Source of the DNA: Candidatus Eiseniibacteriota bacterium
Lineage (GTDB): Bacteria; Eisenbacteria; RBG-16-71-46
NCBI GenBank assembly: GCA_963717935.1
Contig: CAVQXP010000004.1
Location: forward strand, 832,001 to 896,000
DNA: 64,000 bases
Direction of reading: 5' to 3'
Shown: positions 1-11,014 of the stretch, one piece after another
Layout of the letters: each line of letters opens with the position of its first letter
How positions within the stretch are numbered: the first letter of the stretch is position 1
The notes under the pieces: generated by a model
The model's input: only the letters and a program-made list of their open reading frames with translations
Told to the model about the DNA's origin: nothing
The model's database searches: none
Position numbers and translations under genes: made by a program

Positions 1-182
1 CGCGTGCGGTATGGGGTAGAATCTACGCGCTCTTGCGGCGATTACCTCCCGTGGGAGCCAGGCGCCGCCCGGCGAGGGATCCGTCGGGCGGTTGCGCATT
101 CCCGGGCCGCGGGGGCGGCCGGGACGCCCCCGCCCCGCGCCCGTCTGGCCCGCCCCGCCCCCCCCCGTGCCGGGCCCGCGGG

Positions 183-1298
183 CTAGCGCACGGTCTTGTG
201 GAAACGGGTCGTGGCGAAGCTCAGCAGTCCGGCGCCCATCACCAGCAGCGCCAGGAACTGCGGCCACAGCGCGTCGAGGCCGGCGCCCTTGAGGAAGATG
301 GCGCGCACGATCTCGAGGAAGTGGCGCAGTGGGTTCAGGAGCGTGAGCCACTGGAACGGGACCGGCATGCTGGACACCGGGAACATGAAGCCGGAGAGCA
401 GGATGAGCGGCATGATGAAGAGGAAGGAGGTCATCACGGCCTCCTGCTGGGTGTTCGAGATGGTCGAGATGAGCAATCCCAGCCCGAGCGTCGAGAACAG
501 ATAGAGCACGCCCGCCAGCAGGAGCAGCAGGAAGTTCCCCTCGAACGGCACGCGGAACCAGAGCAGCGCCACCGTCGCGATGAGCACCAGGTCCGCCAGG
601 CCGATGATCGCGAAGGGCACGGTCTTGCCGATGATGAGCTCCGCCGGCGAGAGCGGGCTCACCATGAGCTGCTCGAGCGTGCCCAGCTCGCGCTCGCGCA
701 CCACCGCGAGCGCGGTCAGGAGCAGACTCAGGATGAGCATGATCGCGCCCATCACCGCGGGGACGTTGTAGTCGCGGCTCTTGAGCGCGGGGTTGAACCA
801 GGCCCGCTCGCGCAGTTCGAGCGGCGGTGTGCGCGCGAGATCCCCCTGCGCCAGCGCGTAGGCCTGCACGATCCTCCCGGCGTAGCCGCTGGCCACGGTC
901 GCGGTATTCGAGTTGGTGCCGTCGAAGAGCAGCTGCACGCGGGCCCGGGCCTGCGCGAGGTCGCGTGCGAACCCGCGCGGGATGTGGACCCCGACCAGGG
1001 CGCGGCCGTGGTCGAGGGCCTCGACCAGATCCCGTGGCCGGTCCGAAGCGCCCGCCGGCCGGAAATAGCCCGAGGCGAAGAGCGTGCGGGCCAGGTCGCG
1101 CGAGGCCTGCGTGTGGTCCTGGTCCACGAGGAAGGTCGGGACCTGGCGCACGTCGGTGGAGACGACGTAGCCGAAGGCCACGAGCTGCAGCATCGGGGCG
1201 AGGATGACCATCCGGGTGAGCCGGGGGTCGCGAAAGACCTGCAGCAGCTCCTTGCGGACCATCTCGCCCAGGCGGTCGAGGCGCTCGGGGATCCTCAC
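183..1298 (-). CDS. ABC-2 type transporter permease (YbhR-like)
   Basis: C-terminal part of ORF 183..2561: KELLQVFRDPR, VVRERELGTLEQLMVSP, multiple TM helices; GTG start at 1298 overlaps upstream TGA (GTGA). Confidence 0.9.
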   Translation of the reverse strand: MRIPERLDRLGEMVRKELLQVFRDPRLTRMVILAPMLQLVAFGYVVSTDVRQVPTFLVDQDHTQASRDLARTLFASGYFRPAGASDRPRDLVEALDHGRALVGVHIPRGFARDLAQARARVQLLFDGTNSNTATVASGYAGRIVQAYALAQGDLARTPPLELRERAWFNPALKSRDYNVPAVMGAIMLILSLLLTALAVVRERELGTLEQLMVSPLSPAELIIGKTVPFAIIGLADLVLIATVALLWFRVPFEGNFLLLLLAGVLYLFSTLGLGLLISTISNTQQEAVMTSFLFIMPLILLSGFMFPVSSMPVPFQWLTLLNPLRHFLEIVRAIFLKGAGLDALWPQFLALLVMGAGLLSFATTRFHKTVR

Positions 1299-2418
1299 GC
1301 GAGCTCCTTGCGGAAGGCGCGCACCGCGAGGGCGAGGCCGGCCACGGCGTACAGGAACATGAGCGCGCCCTGGACCCACAGCACGTCGGGCCCCACGCCC
1401 TTCAGGAAGATGCCACGCGTCACCACCAGGAAGTAGCGGGCCGGCACCAGGTAGGTGAGCAGCTGCAGCGGCAGCGGCATGTTGTCGATGGCGAACATGA
1501 ACCCCGAGAGCAGGAAGCCGGGCAGGAACGTGACGATCATGCCGATCTGCGTGGCCAACAGCTGCGTGCGGGCCACGGCCGAGATGAACAGGCCCAGGCC
1601 CAGGGTCCCGGTCAGGAACGCGAGCGACGTGCCGAAGAGGAACAACGGATTGCCGCGGAAGGGCACGTGGAAGAGCAGCACGCCCACGACCGAGCAGAGC
1701 GCCACGTCCACGAGCCCGATGCCGAGGTAGGGCAGGAGCTTCCCGATCACGACCTCGAGGCGCGTGACGGGCGTGGAGGCGAGCTGCTCCATGGTGCCGC
1801 GCTCCCACTCGCGGGCGATCGTCAGCGAGGTGAGCAGGCCCGCGATGATCATCATGATGACGGCCACCAGGCCGGGCACGATCATGTTCCGGCTCGACAG
1901 CTCCTCGTTGTACCAGATGCGGGTCTCCGCGCTGACCGGCAGGCGCACGCGCCGGGTCTGCAGCATGACCTGCGCCGAGTACTGCTGGGCGATGGCCTGG
2001 GTGTAGCCGAGCGAGATGGTGGCGCTGTTGGCATCGCTGCCGTCCACGATGGCCTGCACCACCGACGTGCGTGCGGCGCCCAGGTCGGCCGCGAAGCGCG
2101 GCGGGATGACCAGCACGAGCCGGACCCGGCCACGGTCGAGCAGCGGGCCGATGTCGGCGGTGCGTTCCGGGGTGGCGACCAGCGTGAAGCGGCCCGAGGC
2201 GCGGAAGGCGTCCACCAGCTCGCGCGAGGCCCGGGTGCGGTCCTGGTCCACCACGGCCATGCGGATGTCCTTCACGTCCCAGGTGATGGCGTAGCCGAAC
2301 AGGATGAGCAGTGCCACCGGCAGCAGGAAGGCGAGGATCAGGCTGCGCGGGTCGCGCCGAAGCTGCAGGATCTCCTTGCGGGCGATGGCGAAGAGCCGCA
2401 TCCGGTCCATGGGGGCCA

Positions 2419-2419
<1 letters not shown>
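1295..2419 (-). CDS. ABC-2 type transporter permease (YbhS-like)
   Basis: RKEILQLRRDPR, IAREWERGTMEQL, TM helices; ATG at 2419 overlaps stop of upstream ATPase. Confidence 0.9.
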
Positions 2420-3356
<937 letters not shown>

Positions 3357-3360
<4 letters not shown>

Positions 3361-4370
3361 GCCGCCCCCGCCCGCGCGATGCGCTCGATGAACACGTCCT
3401 CGAGCGAGGGTGTGACGGTGTGCGCCTCGCCGACCGTGAAGCCCGCGGCACGCAGGCCGGCCGCGACGCGCGGGCCGTCCTGCGCGGCGTCGGCCACGGC
3501 GACGTGCAGCCGGTCGCCGAAGACCGCCGCGCTGCGCACCCCGGGAAGAGCCTGGGCGGCGGCGCGCGCCTCGTGCACGCGGTCCACCGGCACGGCGAGC
3601 ATCTCGATGCCCAGGCCGCGTTGCAGCGCCGCGGCGGTGTCGAGCGCCACGAGCCGTCCGCGGTGGAGCATGGCCAGCCGGTCGAAGCGCTCGGCCTCGT
3701 CCATGTAGGCGGTGCTCACCACCACGGTGGTGCCGTGGGCGACCATCTCGTGCACGATGAGCCAGAGGTCGCGCCGCGAGATCGGGTCCACGCCGAAGGT
3801 GGGCTCGTCGAGCAGCAGGATCGCGGGCTCGTGGATGAGACAGCAGGAGAGGGCGAGTTTCTGCTTCATGCCGCCCGAGAGCTGGGCGGCGAGCCGCGAC
3901 TGGAAGGGACCGAGCGCGGAGAAGCGGTAGAGACGCTCGAGGCGCGCCGGCCGCTCGGCGCGCGGCACGCGGTAGAGGTCGGCGTAGAAGTCGAGGTTCT
4001 CGGCCACGGTGAGGTCGCCGTAGAGGCCGAAGCGCTGCGCCATGTAGGCGATCGAGTGCTTCACCCGCTCGGGGTCGCGCGCCACGCTGACGCCGTCGAG
4101 CCGCGCGTCGCCGGCGCTGGGCTGCAGCACGCCGGCGAGCATGCGCAGCGTCGTGGTCTTGCCCGCGCCGTCGGGGCCGACGAGGCCGAACAACTCGCCG
4201 CGCTCCACGGCGAAGGAGAGCCCGTCCACCGCGGTGAGCGCGCCGAAGCGGCGCGTGAGGCCGTCCAGCTCGATGGCGGCCGCGCGCTGCGGGCCCGCGC
4301 CGGGCGCCGCGGCCGCCTGGCCGCCGCCCGCCGGGCGGTTCACCCGTGGCGCTGCGGAGCCCGCGTCCAT
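3357..4370 (-). CDS. ABC transporter ATP-binding protein
   Basis: Walker A GPDGAGKT, LSGGMKQK, LLLDEPT; start uncertain (4370/4373 or slightly downstream). Confidence 0.92.
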
Positions 4371-5362
4371 CACTTCGCGAGCGTCAGGCGAACGTCGGCG
4401 GGCATGCCGGGCTTGAGCTCGAAGGCCGTGTCGCCGGTGATGCGCACCTTGACGGCGTAGACCAGCTTCACGCGCTCCTCGCTGGTCTGGACGTTCTTGG
4501 GGGTGAACTCGGCCTCGCTGCTGATGTAGACCACCTCGCCCGGGTAGGCCCGGCCCTTGAAGGTGTCCGAGGTGATGCTCGCCGGCTGTCCGGTCCGCAC
4601 GGCGCCGATGCGCGCCTCGCTCACGTAGATGCGCACCCAGCGATCGGCCCGGTCCATCAGCGAGACCACGGCCGAGCCCGCGGGCACGATCTCACCGGGC
4701 TCGCGGTGCCGCACGGTGACCACCCCGTCGAAGGGCGCGCGGATCACCATGTTCGCCAGGCCCGCGTCGGCGGCGCGCAGGGCGGCCTCGGTCTGCGCGA
4801 CCGCCGCGCGCTGCGCGGCGATGCGCTCCCGGCGCGGGCCCGTCGCCACCAGCCGGTACTGCTCATCGGCCTGCTGGTACTGGCTCCGGGCCACGTCCAG
4901 CGCGGTCTTGGCCTTGTCGAACACCTGCTGGCTCACGACCTGCGTGCGGATCAGCTCCTGCGCGCGGTCGAAGTCACGCTGCGCGTCCTCGAGGCGCTGC
5001 TGCGCCGCGTCGCGGCCGGCGCGCGCCTGAGCCAGCTCCTCGCTGCGCGCGCCGCGCTCCATCTCCTCGAGCAGCGCGCGCGTGCCCGCCAGCTGCGCGC
5101 TGCTCTGTTCGCGGCGGGCCAGGGCCTCGATGCGGTCGAGCGAGGCCAGGGGCTCGCCGGCGCGCACCGGGTCGCCCTCGCGCACGCGGATCGAGTCGAT
5201 CCGCCCGGGGACCTGGAAGCCCAACTGCGCCTCGGTCGCCTCGACCGTTCCCGAGGCCGTGAGCCGGCCGCGCTCGGCGGCGCGGCGCAGGAGCGGGAGA
5301 GCGACCAGCACGGCGACCACGACGGCGAGCAGCGGGACGATGACGCGGGGATTCGGTCTCAT
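4370..5362 (-). CDS. HlyD/YbhG-family membrane fusion (periplasmic adaptor) protein
   Basis: N-terminal TM anchor, ASGTVEATE, coiled coil, IRAPFDG, EFTPKNVQT, LKPGMPADV; ATG 5362 overlaps TetR stop. Confidence 0.92.
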   Translation of the reverse strand: MRPNPRVIVPLLAVVVAVLVALPLLRRAAERGRLTASGTVEATEAQLGFQVPGRIDSIRVREGDPVRAGEPLASLDRIEALARREQSSAQLAGTRALLEEMERGARSEELAQARAGRDAAQQRLEDAQRDFDRAQELIRTQVVSQQVFDKAKTALDVARSQYQQADEQYRLVATGPRRERIAAQRAAVAQTEAALRAADAGLANMVIRAPFDGVVTVRHREPGEIVPAGSAVVSLMDRADRWVRIYVSEARIGAVRTGQPASITSDTFKGRAYPGEVVYISSEAEFTPKNVQTSEERVKLVYAVKVRITGDTAFELKPGMPADVRLTLAK

Positions 5363-6012
5363 GACGGGGATCTCCGGAGTCGGGGCGGGCGCGCGGCGCG
5401 CGCGCGGGGCAGGGCGGGTGCACGGATGGCCTGCTCGAAGACGGGCCAGGTGGCACGGGCCTGGCCCATGACGTCGAAATGGCCGCCGCTCAGGGTCCAC
5501 AGCAAGCCGGCGGGCTGGACCAGGCCGAGGAACAGGATGGCGAGTGAACGGGCGTTCACATCGGAGCGGATCCGGTCGAGGCGCTGTCCCTGCCGGATGA
5601 TGTCGGCCACCCCGTCGAGGTAGCCCGAGACCACGCCGAGCAGCCTCTGACGGCGCTCGGGGTGGCCGATGTGGTAGTCGTCGGACAGCACGATGCGGGG
5701 CAGCGCGCGGTTGAGGCGGAAGAGCCGGATGTGGCGCTTGAGCAACCCGTGCAGCGCCTCGATCGGATCATCGGTCTCGGCGCGGGCGGCGGCGACGGCG
5801 CCGTGCAGCCGCTCGCGCATGCGGTCCAGCACCGCGTCGAGCATGGCGTCCTTGCTGGGGAAGTGCCGGTAGATGGCCGAGGGCGTGAGCCCCACGCGGC
5901 GGGCCACGGCGGCGAGGCTCAGGCCCCGCAGGCCGTGATCGGCCACCACCGCCAGCGTGGCGTCGGTCAACTGGTCCCGGCGGACCTCGGTGTGGAGCTT
6001 CTCGCGTGACAC
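5359..6012 (-). CDS. TetR/AcrR family transcriptional regulator
   Basis: HTH LSLAAVARRVGLTPSAIYRHFPSKD; GGAGG RBS before GTG. Confidence 0.93.
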   Translation of the reverse strand: MSREKLHTEVRRDQLTDATLAVVADHGLRGLSLAAVARRVGLTPSAIYRHFPSKDAMLDAVLDRMRERLHGAVAAARAETDDPIEALHGLLKRHIRLFRLNRALPRIVLSDDYHIGHPERRQRLLGVVSGYLDGVADIIRQGQRLDRIRSDVNARSLAILFLGLVQPAGLLWTLSGGHFDVMGQARATWPVFEQAIRAPALPRARAARPPRLRRSPS

Positions 6013-6023
6013 GCCGCCTCCGG

Positions 6024-6068
6024 TTGTGAATGCGCGTTCACAATAAAACCGTGCCGCGGCCGGGTCAA
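6024..6068 (-). promoter_or_regulatory. Sigma70-type promoter (TTGACC-N17-TATTGT) overlapped by palindromic operator TTGTGAA-N6-TTCACAA
   Basis: -35 at 6068-6063, -10 at 6045-6040; perfect 7-bp-arm inverted repeat 6024-6043 between -10 and RBS of tetR. Confidence 0.8.
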
Positions 6069-6432
6069 GCCCCCGGCGCGACGAGCCCCGCCGGGTCCGC
6101 CGGCCGGGGTCAGGTCCACGCGCCGGGCCGCGCGCCGCCCCGCCCGGGCCGTCCGTCCGCGTGTCACCCGTGGCAGGTCGCCCGCCAACCCTGTCAGCAG
6201 GCGGCCCCGCGGGGGCGGCCGCGGGCCGCCGCGCGCCCGGTGCGGCAACGGGTCCGCCCGCGTGAACATCCCCCGCGCGGGATGGTATGCTCCTTGCCGC
6301 TTTGCCCCCTCAGGACAACTGCATCAGGGCTTACTTCTACACTCGCGTGCATGAGCATTCCCCGGGCGTTTCACGGCTGACGCCGTGGACGGACCTGCGG
6401 TCGGAAGGCGCGCCTAACCGAGAGGTTGCGTC

Positions 6433-7785
6433 ATGGGTGATTCCAGGAAGACCCGCGTCATCATCATGGGAGCCGCCGGGAGGGATTTCCACAACTTCAA
6501 CGTCTACTGGAAGCAGCGCACGGACGTGGAGGTCGTCTGCTTCACCGCCGCCCAGATCCCGGACATCGCGGGGCGCGTGTACCCGCCGGTGCTGGCCGGC
6601 CCGCAGTACCCGAAGGGCATCCCGATCCACGCCGAGGACCAGCTCGACGGCCTGATCCGCGAGCACCGCATCGACCTGGTGGCCTTCTCCTACTCCGATG
6701 TCTCGCACGAGCACGTCATGCACCAGGCCTGCCGCGTGAACGCCGCAGGGGCGGAGTTCGCGCTGCTGGGCGCTGCCCAGACCATGATCGAGAGCACGAA
6801 GCCGGTCATCGCCGTGGGCGCGGTGCGCACCGGTTCGGGCAAGAGCCAGACCTCGCGTCGCGTCGCCGAGATCCTCAAGGACATGGGCAAGAAGGTGGCG
6901 GTGGTGCGGCACCCGATGCCGTACGGCGATCTCGCCCGGCAGGCGGTGCAGCGCTTCGCCAACGTCGCGGACATGGACGCGGCCCAGTGCACCATCGAGG
7001 AGCGCGAGGAGTACGAGCCGCACACCGCGATGGGCAACCTGGTCTTCGCGGGCGTCGACTACGAAGCCATCCTGCGCCGCGCCGAGCAGGAGGCCGACGT
7101 GGTGCTGTGGGACGGTGGCAACAACGACACGCCGTTCTACCGCCCCGACCTCAACATCGTGGTGGCCGATCCGCACCGCGCCGGTCATGAGCTGCGCTAT
7201 TACCCGGGCGAGACCAACGTGCGCATGGCCGACATCGTGGTGATCAACAAGGTGGACACCGCGGATTCCGAGGCCATCCAGACGGTCGAAGCCAACGTGC
7301 GCGCGCTGAACCCGACCGCCGTCCTCCTGCGTGCCAACTCCCCGGTCACGGTGGAGCAGCCCGAGGCGGTGAAGGGCAAGCGCGTGCTGGTGATCGAGGA
7401 CGGCCCGACGCTCACGCACGGCGAGATGCGCTACGGCGCGGGCCTCGTCGCCGCGCACAAGCTGCAGGCGGGCGAGATCGTGGATCCGCGGCCGTACGCG
7501 CAGGGCTCCATCAAGAAGGTGTTCGAGAAGTACTCGCACCTCACCCAGATCCTGCCGGCCATGGGCTATGGCGAGCGGCAGGTCGCCGAGCTGTCGGCCA
7601 CCATCAACGCGGTGCCGTGCGACCTGGTGCTGATCGCCACGCCCATCGACCTGCGGCACGTCCTCACCATCGACAAACCCTCGACGCGCGTGATGTACGA
7701 GCTCGAGGAGCACGACCGGACCGTGCTGCCGCGGGCCATCGCGAAGGCCGTGGCGGCACAGAAGGGCGCGGCGCCCCATGCCTAG
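6433..7785 (+). CDS. arcE: Arginine synthetase (ArcE)-like P-loop protein (usually annotated as GTPase / cyclic 2,3-DPG synthase-like)
   Basis: GAAGRDFHNFN, QIPDIAGRVYPP, P-loop AVRTGSGKS, RHPMPYGDL, TIEEREEYEPH, WDGGNND, EDGPTLTHG; overlaps an OTCase gene. Confidence 0.75.
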   Translation: MGDSRKTRVIIMGAAGRDFHNFNVYWKQRTDVEVVCFTAAQIPDIAGRVYPPVLAGPQYPKGIPIHAEDQLDGLIREHRIDLVAFSYSDVSHEHVMHQACRVNAAGAEFALLGAAQTMIESTKPVIAVGAVRTGSGKSQTSRRVAEILKDMGKKVAVVRHPMPYGDLARQAVQRFANVADMDAAQCTIEEREEYEPHTAMGNLVFAGVDYEAILRRAEQEADVVLWDGGNNDTPFYRPDLNIVVADPHRAGHELRYYPGETNVRMADIVVINKVDTADSEAIQTVEANVRALNPTAVLLRANSPVTVEQPEAVKGKRVLVIEDGPTLTHGEMRYGAGLVAAHKLQAGEIVDPRPYAQGSIKKVFEKYSHLTQILPAMGYGERQVAELSATINAVPCDLVLIATPIDLRHVLTIDKPSTRVMYELEEHDRTVLPRAIAKAVAAQKGAAPHA

Positions 7786-8704
7786 CCCGAGCTACCTCTC
7801 GGTCAAGGACCTCTCGGCGTCCCGGACGCTGGAGGTCCTGCAGCTCGCCGGCCGTCTCAAGCGCGAGATCAAGGCGGGCACACCGCACCCCCGGCTCGCG
7901 GGCAAGACCCTCGCGATGATCTTCCAGAAGCCCTCGCTGCGCACACGGGTCTCGTTCGAGGTGGGCATGACGCAGCTCGGGGGCCACGCGATCTACCTGG
8001 GGCCCTCGGACATCAAGCTCGGTGAGCGCGAGACGGTGGAAGACATCGCCCTGACGATCTCGCGCATGTGCGATGTCATCATGGCCCGTGTGTTCGGACA
8101 CGACAGCGTGGCGGGGCTGGCGCAGCACGCCACGGTGCCGGTCATCAACGCGCTCTCGGATCGCGAGCATCCCTGCCAGATCCTGGCCGACCTGCAGACC
8201 ATCCAGGAGCGCAAGGGCCGCTTCGAGGGGCTCAAGGCCGTGTTCGTGGGGGATGGCAACAACGTGGCCCAGTCGTTCCTGTACGGTGGCGCCCTGCTCG
8301 GGATGAGCGTGACCGTGGCCTGCCCGCGGGGCTACGAGCCCCTCCCGGAAGTCGTGGCGGACGCGACGGCCCTGGGGAAGCGGACCGGGGCCGCGATCGC
8401 GGTCTCGAACGACCTGATGGCTGCCTGCCGCGGCGCCGACGTGCTCTACACGGACGTCTGGGCCAGCATGGGGCAGGAGGCGGAGGCCGCGAAGCGGAAG
8501 CACGACTTCAGCGGCTGGCAGATCGACGCCGCGCTCATGGCGGTGGCGAAGCCGGACGCGACCATCCTGCATTGCCTCCCCGCGCACTACGGCGAGGAGA
8601 TCGACTACGCCACCTCGCGCACGCCCAACTCGGCCATCTTCGACCAGGCCGAGAACCGGCTGCACGCGCAGAAGGCGCTGATGCTGCACCTGATGGGCGC
8701 CTGA
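7778..8704 (+). CDS. argF: Ornithine carbamoyltransferase
   Basis: SLRTRVSF carbamoyl-phosphate motif, HPCQ, DVWASMG, HCLP, QAENRLH. Confidence 0.93.
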   Translation: MPSPSYLSVKDLSASRTLEVLQLAGRLKREIKAGTPHPRLAGKTLAMIFQKPSLRTRVSFEVGMTQLGGHAIYLGPSDIKLGERETVEDIALTISRMCDVIMARVFGHDSVAGLAQHATVPVINALSDREHPCQILADLQTIQERKGRFEGLKAVFVGDGNNVAQSFLYGGALLGMSVTVACPRGYEPLPEVVADATALGKRTGAAIAVSNDLMAACRGADVLYTDVWASMGQEAEAAKRKHDFSGWQIDAALMAVAKPDATILHCLPAHYGEEIDYATSRTPNSAIFDQAENRLHAQKALMLHLMGA

Positions 8705-8727
8705 GTCCGGGAACGGGTGAACGAACG

Positions 8728-9519
8728 ATGACCGGGGAGAAGCGGAAGGAAGGAACGGGGGAGACGCTGCGCGGCGCCGTGGTGATCGTGGTCGCGGGCG
8801 TCGCGCTGGGCCTGGCGTTCAACGCGCTGGGCCTGGCGAGCAAGCCGCCGCGCGGGCTCCCGTGGGTCAAGCTGGTGGCGAAGTTGCCGAGCCTCGAGGA
8901 ACTGCAGGGCGACAGCACGGGCGCCGTGACGAACGCGCCCGTGCCCGGGGGGGGCCGGCTCGCGGTCTCTCCCGCGCCGGTGGCCGCGACTCCCGCGACT
9001 CCCGCGGCGGGCTCCCGGAGCGACGGAGCCGCGGCGAGCGATCCGGGAGCTCGGCCGGCCCCCGCGCCGCCGCCGGACGCCCTGCCCGGCGCGCACGAGG
9101 CCGCCACGCCGTCCGTCACCGCGCCGCCGCCAGCCGCAGCCGGGCTGCCCGAGGTGCCCGACCGCAACGAGCCCATCGAGGTGCAGCTCTCGACGGCGAA
9201 GAGGTTCTTCGACGCGAAGGCCGCGCTCTTCGTGGACGCGCGCGAGGCTCCCGAGTACGCCGAGGGGCGCATCCCGGGAGCGCTCAACCTGCCCCTCGAC
9301 GACGTGGTGGCGAGGCCGGCGCTGCTCGGGGCGTTGAAGGACGCGGGCCGGCCGGTCATCGTCTACTGTGGCGGCGGGGACTGCGAGGTCTCGAAGAGCC
9401 TCGCCTGGAACATGCTCGACCAGGGCATCCGGAAGGTGCTCGTCTACACCGGCGGCCTCGAGGAGTGGCAGGCCGCCGGCTACCCGGTCGAGCGCGGACC
9501 GGCGAAGGGAGGCTCCTGA
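8728..9519 (+). CDS. Membrane-anchored rhodanese domain protein
   Basis: N-terminal TM, Pro/Ala-rich linker, FVDARE..EY..GRIPGA, active-site VYCGGGDC, YTGGLEEW. Confidence 0.85.
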   Translation: MTGEKRKEGTGETLRGAVVIVVAGVALGLAFNALGLASKPPRGLPWVKLVAKLPSLEELQGDSTGAVTNAPVPGGGRLAVSPAPVAATPATPAAGSRSDGAAASDPGARPAPAPPPDALPGAHEAATPSVTAPPPAAAGLPEVPDRNEPIEVQLSTAKRFFDAKAALFVDAREAPEYAEGRIPGALNLPLDDVVARPALLGALKDAGRPVIVYCGGGDCEVSKSLAWNMLDQGIRKVLVYTGGLEEWQAAGYPVERGPAKGGS

Positions 9520-9935
9520 TGAGCGTGCTGACGCATCCGGCCCTGCGGCGCCTGTGCCAGCTCTTCGTCGGGCTCATCTTCCTGGTCTCCGCGCTCGCCA
9601 AGATCGGCGACGCCGGCGCCCTCGCCTCGCAGGTGCACAACTACCGGCTCGTGCCGGTCGGGTCCGAGAACCTGCTCGCGATGATCCTGCCGTGGATCGA
9701 GCTCCTCGCCGGGCTCTCGCTCGCGCTCGGCGTCCGGCCGCGCGCCGGCGCGTGGCTCGCGACGGCGTCCCTGGCCGTCTTCACGATCGCGGTGGGCGTG
9801 TCCATGGCGCGCGGGCTCGACTTCCAGTGCGGCTGCTTCGGCACCGCGGACGCGACACGGATCGGCGGGGTCAAGCTGGCGGAGAACCTCGGCATGCTCG
9901 CTCTCGCCGCCGTGGGGTCGCTCCGGCCGAGGTAG
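9519..9935 (+). CDS. MauE/DoxX family membrane protein
   Basis: 4 TM helices, LPWIELL, CGCFG motif; coupled to rhodanese (TGATG). Confidence 0.85.
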   Translation: MSVLTHPALRRLCQLFVGLIFLVSALAKIGDAGALASQVHNYRLVPVGSENLLAMILPWIELLAGLSLALGVRPRAGAWLATASLAVFTIAVGVSMARGLDFQCGCFGTADATRIGGVKLAENLGMLALAAVGSLRPR

Positions 9936-9981
9936 CCGCGAGCGTCGCATCGCCCCGCGGTCTCCGCGGCCCGCGAACGCG

Positions 9982-10011
9982 CGAGCCCGCACGGTGGTCC
10001 GTGCGGGCTCG
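9982..10011. terminator. Hairpin between convergent genes (probable bidirectional terminator)
   Basis: Perfect 13-bp stem CGAGCCCGCACGG-TGGT-CCGTGCGGGCTCG. Confidence 0.55.
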
Positions 10012-10033
10012 TCGAACGCGCGGTCTCCCGGGC

Positions 10034-11014
10034 TCAGTACGCCTGGTCCACCGCCTTGACCAGTCGCCCGCAGGCCTCGGCCAGGCCACCGTGCAGGGCC
10101 GCCACGTCGGTCTCCTTCCACTGCGCCCGGTCGGCGCGCACGAACGTGGTCTTGTCCACGCGGTTGTCGAAGCGCGCCACCGGCAGGTGCCAGGTGCGCC
10201 CGTGGGCCTCGATCCTCACCGTGTCGGGGCGGTCGGACTGCTGGAGCAGCCACGCCATGTCGTCGCAGCCGTAGTCGCCGAGCATCACCGCCATCGGCAC
10301 GCCGTGGTGAAGGATGGAGCCCGGGTCGTTGGGGTCGGTGCGCTCGATGTTCTTGCGCCGCGACTCCTCGGGCGTGACCCAGACGTAGAGGACCGAGGCG
10401 CGCGCGAGGATCTCCTCGGAGAGCGTGGCGAACGAGTAGCGGTAGCCCAGCGGCGCCGGCAGGGGCAGTGCGGACTTGTCCGGGCCGCCGCGCGCGAACT
10501 CGATCACCACGGTCCGGCCGTTCAGCGAGTCGGGGATGCCCGCGTTCTTGTCGCGGAGCAGCTCGGCGCACTCGGCTTCGAGCGCCTGGACGATCTCGCG
10601 GCGCACGGCGGGCTCGAGCTGGCCGAGCGCGGGGCGCGCGGCGACCTTGCGGCGCGCGGCGTCGAAACGGTCCAGGAGCCACTCGGCGGCCGATCCCGGC
10701 GCCGGACGGTGGCGCTTCACGAGGTCCTCGAAATCCTCGTTCAGCAGCTCGATCAGCGTGCCCCAGTCCCGCGGCTCCTTCATCGGCAGCTCGTCGGAGT
10801 CGAAGAACAGCCCATCCTGGCCGCGCTTGCGCAGCTCCTGGCTGATGCGGCGCATCAGGTGCACGTACGGGTAGTCGTCGAGCTGCACGGTGGGTCCGAC
10901 GTGCATCTCGTCGCGGCACTGCTCGGGGGTGAGACCCGCGAGGTAGCGGCGGACTTCCGACTTGCCCGAGGCGGGCAGGGCCGTGAGCAACAGGACGTCG
11001 ATCAGGCTGGACAT
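10034..11014 (-). CDS. Hypothetical protein with N-terminal P-loop (nucleotide/small-molecule kinase-like)
   Basis: LLLTALPASGKS Walker A-like, VVIEFARGG Walker B-like; normal coding composition. Confidence 0.7.
   Translation of the reverse strand: MSSLIDVLLLTALPASGKSEVRRYLAGLTPEQCRDEMHVGPTVQLDDYPYVHLMRRISQELRKRGQDGLFFDSDELPMKEPRDWGTLIELLNEDFEDLVKRHRPAPGSAAEWLLDRFDAARRKVAARPALGQLEPAVRREIVQALEAECAELLRDKNAGIPDSLNGRTVVIEFARGGPDKSALPLPAPLGYRYSFATLSEEILARASVLYVWVTPEESRRKNIERTDPNDPGSILHHGVPMAVMLGDYGCDDMAWLLQQSDRPDTVRIEAHGRTWHLPVARFDNRVDKTTFVRADRAQWKETDVAALHGGLAEACGRLVKAVDQAY

Noticed and set aside
6290..6432. Riboswitch, ARG box or leader peptide (MSIPRAFHG, 6351-6380) upstream of arcE
   Set aside because: Only small hairpins; no recognisable consensus and no Arg-rich leader
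6433..7785. Annotation as cyclic 2,3-diphosphoglycerate synthase or generic GTPase
   Set aside because: No 2-phosphoglycerate kinase partner; motifs and OTCase linkage fit the arginine synthetase subfamily better
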